From NCBI RefSeq assembly GCF_964355755.1, contig NC_092677.1:3990101-4054100 (forward strand): a stretch of 64,000 nt of DNA, written 5' to 3'. This DNA comes from Antedon mediterranea (Eukaryota; Animalia; Echinodermata). The notes beneath the pieces were generated by a model. The model had not been told where the DNA came from. It made no database searches and was given only the letters and a program-made list of their open reading frames with translations. Positions 50,817 to 64,000 of the stretch are shown here, in pieces. Within the stretch, counting starts at the first letter, position 1; every line of letters starts with the position of its first letter. The position numbers were made by a program, and so were the translations under genes.

Positions 50817-53800
50817 TGTGTGTTGTTCATGTTGTACAGTCTATAAAGAATCATACTGTAAAGCACAGTTAAAAAAAAATAGTGCTTTAAAGGATTTCAC
50901 TAAACATATATAGATGTACATATTCTACTTCTCAGTTCATTTCTATGAATCTATTCTAAATACAGAAAATCCTTACATAATACGGCGTAATGATGCCACC
51001 ATAATACACATTAACTAGTTATGTGCAGTAGACATCATAATAAAAGTGTGTGGATAAGGGATATTCAACGGAACATTTAAGGGACATGTTTAGAACCCAA
51101 CAAATTGTCCCCTAAATAAATTTGGCTATATTGTTGCTAATTAGTTTCTCGGAAAAGTGTCCCTGCAATAGGAGTGCCCATTGAAAGAGGTTTGGATTTA
51201 CTGTATACCGATATAGCCTTGATAATTTATACATGGGAAGATAATTATGCGTAGATGCCGTTGTTTTACATCAATGTTACATCAGTGTAATTTTACAGGC
51301 CTCGATTGCTGCGATGTTATTTGATGATTCACGGAAACGCTCGCACACATTTTAACTTAACCAACAGTAATGTCATAAATATTGGCTCATACCATGTTTC
51401 CTAATTAGTATACTACAAATAGATCATGGTGCGATTTCTGTGTGAATGGCTTCTTTTTATCGTGCTAAACTAAAATGATAGATCATGATAATTAAGTCGG
51501 TATAATTATATAGAATAATATTAATAGTTGCTTCCACAGACAGTGCCTGTCGTAGTTACCTACTCAATTATTTAACATTTTAAAAATCATTATTTTTAAA
51601 GATTTATTTATTTAACAGGGTTTGAAGTACATTTTAACAAATATTGTATAATCTGATTTGGTTTTTCATATTATAATATATTAAATATTTTTTTTGTTTC
51701 ATTTTTCTTGATTTAAATTTACTGTGCTTATTTTATTTACAAATAAGTGACATTATTTATTATTTAATAATAGCAATGTTTTAAATATTTGGAATATTTC
51801 ATCGGGTGGTATTCTGGTGCGGATTCAAAATGTTTTGCATTATTTACCAACCTTTATAAATACAGTATTTAAAATTATAAATTTAATTTCAGTTATAGAT
51901 TAAATACCATACATATTGTTAACATAATACTGTACTATGTACCTACTGCATGCTGTGCATTATATAAGCATGAACGTACTGTATGTCATGCATTATTATA
52001 ATATAAGCATGAACAGACTATATGTCATGCACTATATAAGCATGAACTGTACTGTATGCTCAACTTTATATAAGTGAACATACTGTACTGTTCTATAACT
52101 AATACTGTATTTTATATAATGAGTGAACGTACTGTATATTACAGTGGACATACAATATTGTTTTATCTAACTGAGCACACTGTAACTTAATTTGTACTAC
52201 AGTAAAACAATCAATACGGTCATATATCAGCGTAAGATGTTAGATATATATGTATAAAAGGTTAGAATAAACCAATTTCTTTGTACACTCCTATCTGTAA
52301 ACAATAAAAACTATTTTATAATAAGTTGATTTGTTTAGCCTAATTTTTTACACCAGAAAATAAAACATATTTTGAAAACACTTCCTACATACATACAGAC
52401 AATAAAAACATTTTATAACAAGAAATATTTCTTACAAAAAACGCTGCTCGCTTATTGACGTAACAGTTTTAAAGATATATTGTTCCTCTGAAAAATATTT
52501 TTTATTTCAAATTTGTTTTTGAATGTGTCATTTTATTGTTACCTGAAAAAAATGTAATTAAAAGCAAAAAATACTTCAATTGTCTGTCAGACAATGTGGT
52601 TTTTGAGTTATAATTAAACGTTTCTTTTCTCTTTCTATAATGTGAATTTTGTTACAGAAGTGAATAACTTTGATATGAAACAGATTCAATTTAGTTTATT
52701 TTATTGCTAAGGTCAAGTCTGGGGGTCACTTCATCAAGCCTTAGATACTTCAAGTGTGAAGTATCATATTACAAACAAAAACTTTCATGGACTGTTTTGA
52801 TAATAATTCAATGATTATCTGACAGCGAAATACAGTATTATCATGGGACTCATAAATACCAGAAATGCAGCTGCTACTTATAAATTATAGTGGAGTTTCC
52901 ATTAACAAAAATGTCAAAGTGTAGTACTATAACTGCTGCTTGATTTCATCTAATTAATGAGTCATCTCGTGTGACGCAGCGGGCTAGAGCAGCAGCCTGA
53001 AAAAAGACAAACCACAATGTAGAAGGAAAAAGCTTTTAAGTTTTAATACAAGAATAAAATTATACTAAAAATACAACTGTATAATGTTATAAATATATAG
53101 ATGAAATATCCAGCATGTATATGCTAAAGTTGCTTTTTAAATTTGTTTTCGAATATATAATTAATGTTTATGTTTTGTCATTATTTGCATTATATAACAT
53201 ACGTATATGTTCTAAAGCTGCTTTTTAAATGTGTTCAACAAATATGTTGATCATCTAACCTTAATACAACAAATAGTAAATGTTTATTCAATTAACCCGC
53301 TGCTTCCCAGTCCCATAAACAATGTTGAAAGCTATGCCATTAAAAGGTGTTCACCACAAGGTAGAACGCGCACAACAATATTGTGTTGCAGAATTCTAAC
53401 GACAAAGCTGAACATCCATGCAATGAACTAGTAAATCTACTTTTGCATTCTAGTAAAACTAATAGTACTATTAAACATCATGTGATTTGAAATTAACCAA
53501 TCAAATGGCAAGAATACACTTAAGTGGTTATAATAAATAAAGCACTATTATTTATTGGGTCTGAATTAAAATGTACCTCATGAACTCAGTGTTTGACCAT
53601 TGACAGAATTTTTGTGAATATGAAGGGTTAAATGTAAAAGTAATAAGGAAAAGGAAGATAAAGTCTTGAGGCTATGAAGTCTTGAGAATCAAGCCAAAAT
53701 GCCTGTTTACCAAAATGAAGATAAAAAAATAGAATTACTAAAACTCTAGATCTCGAAACATGTTGCTCAAATGCAACGATTTCCAACAATTGAATGCACA

Positions 53801-54492
53801 CGTAATGTACTGTATATCGCATTTCCAATGTTTCTACATACGGCCGTCCACCAAAACACGAAAACACTATAAAGCTATGATAAAGCTAAATTCAGCCTTT
53901 TTTCTAAGCTACTTGCATGACGTAAAATAAGTACTGTCACCATTTAATTGCAAAACTGCTAATAATGTGCTCAAATCAAGCACATATGCTTGCTGTATTA
54001 ATACAACACTATTGGCTGGCTCTATTAGACACAAACGTGGGTCATGACTTGACAAAACAGAGATTGCTTATTTTTACCTGTACTTTTTAAATTATTAATT
54101 CAATAATTTTTCACAATTATAGCACTTCTGATTTATAAATAACTTGCACTTTAAAATAAATCACCAGTATAATAATATTCACACACATTTTACAAGTTAT
54201 AATAAATAATGTTACTGGTACTGGATCATTTAAAAGCTAATCCATGTACGCCATGAAGTGAACAAAGCAAAAATTCACTTGGTTCCAGTAAATTAGAACA
54301 AAACAACACTTATGGAAAGTAATATTAAGATACAGTAGATATTAATCAGTTGAACAAATAAATCTTCAAAGGAGAATGCTTAGTCAAGCAGAAGGTTTAC
54401 TCAATCAGAACACTTATTTATGAACATGATGATTTTTGAAGAACAGTATTATAGTAAACAAGAAATAGATCTAAAAAAGAAATTTAAGGAAA

Positions 54493-62403
<7,911 letters not shown>

Positions 62404-64000
62404 GTTGTGTTTTTTTTTCCAAGTTAAATTATAATAACTAAAAATTAATAACAAAATGGAGATAATCAAACCAATTTAATGTTATGTGAAGAACAGGAAG
62501 CATTTATGATGAAAATCTTAAATTCATTTTAAAACCAGTTCTTATCAAACAGCGCATGGATGTACCGTACAGTAATTAGGCGGATGGTGGCTTGGAATAA
62601 GGTCCTGTTTCTACTTCACCGGTTTTTAACCATGTGAATATAAAAATTAAACCCAATTTCTTGGCCACCAGGACCGATTGCATTTCTATCAACGACCACC
62701 CACTGATTTAAATGGTTATTCAGGAGCAAAAAATGAGCATAAATGCAGTCCATATAAAAATTATATTTTAAATCTATTTTGAAATAAATGGTTTATTCAG
62801 CGCTATGGAGCAGAAACTTTAAGGCACCTAGAATTATAAACCGTTTGTTATTTACCCTTTATTTATTTTAGCACGTACCGAACATTATAACTTCTATAGC
62901 GTATATTAATTATTCTATAATTTGTGTTTCCTTGAAACCAGAAGTACTGTGTTTTCACTCATTAAAAATTAACAGATGGTCCAGGTAGAAAAATGAATTT
63001 ACTCATACAGTAAAAATATCAAAAAATGTGTTTTTATACCAAAAAATAAAACAAAATTATCAGCAGTTAGGTCTAGTAGGCATACATCTGAAATTGTAAG
63101 TATTTTTCTACCAAAAATAAACATATTATTAATCATCTCTTTATGTTATTGTTACTGTTAGCACAATTATTACAACACCACAAACAAAAACAAAATTACA
63201 ATTTATTTACTGTAATGTAAGGCTAATGGTAGATGCACATTTTAAAATTCTTAATTCTGCTATAACATATTGTTAATCATAATTTAAACGCTCACAATCA
63301 ACATTAATAATGCAGATGTAATTCTATAAATATCTTTAAATTACTAACTAAATTGGCATACGTCAAACTGCATAAATAGCATTATGGAATAAACTAATTG
63401 TTTGACCAATAACTGAAAACAGGTGTGACAAGGCATGGGGGAAAATTTCCATTATATGGTCAAATGGAGGTAAAATGGAGGTAAAATGGAGGTCAACTAG
63501 TATATCATTTATGATTTCCTAAATAAAATTTACAGCAATATAGAAACAGTTATAAAAGTGAAGCGTGGTCTTTTATTAAAGTTAAAAATTAATTATTAGT
63601 GTTACTGTTAATTAACAGCCAAAAAACAGAAGTAAAATTTCACGACAAATGTCAACACACAGAGTTTAAAATCAAACATTAAAATAAATGTTTAAAAATG
63701 ACAGTAAAAAGAGTGAATCCATCTTTGTTTGAATTGATTAAATTTTTTTAGTATCTTCACTTGTATTGTATAGATAGTTATAAATAGTATAAATATAATT
63801 AAACAGTAGGCTTGGCCCTTGGCTAGAGCTTATATAATAGGTACTGCAGTTGTTAGCATACACTTTGCTGGTGGTGGTATATAGCATAGTAGTTCTAGGC
63901 CTAGTAGTAGGCCTAGTTAAGTAGTTAGTGTAGTAAAGAAGTAGATGACCTTTTTTGTTATCCACCACCACCCGGACATGGATTTAATAAATTTGTTTAA

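Noticed and set aside
51930-52200. Degenerate ~32-bp tandem repeat (actgtatgtcatgcattatataagcatgaac-like)
   Set aside because: Ordinary low-copy decayed repeat; no distinguishing structure.

Overview
AT-rich (intron-containing) metazoan genomic DNA, most consistent with an invertebrate deuterostome such as an echinoderm (inference from HYR-repeat protein, PRDM and TE content). Five spliced protein-coding genes could be assembled by hand with frame-consistent splice sites: a secreted C-type lectin + 6xHYR protein (-), PRDM10 (-), a PRDM15-like gene (-) directly adjacent in tandem, a novel signal-peptide/single-TM/double-PPxY protein (+) divergent from it, and cystathionine beta-synthase (-). 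Between the lectin gene and PRDM10 lies a ~19 kb repeat pile-up: a decayed Ngaro-type (split direct repeat) tyrosine-recombinase retrotransposon carrying a nested MITE, an AP-1-site minisatellite, a nested Rex1/Babar-type LINE and a 3' array of nine bulged stem-loops with compensatory changes; then a ~7 kb satellite made entirely of palindromic monomers, containing a Helentron-type insertion and a 648-bp spacerless perfect palindrome. Most notable: tandem PRDM10/PRDM15 next to CBS, an antisense copy of CBS exon 5 inside CBS intron 2, a ~340-nt multibranched structured element in CBS intron 4, and the Ngaro hairpin array. All calls are from manual reading; no database searches were run.
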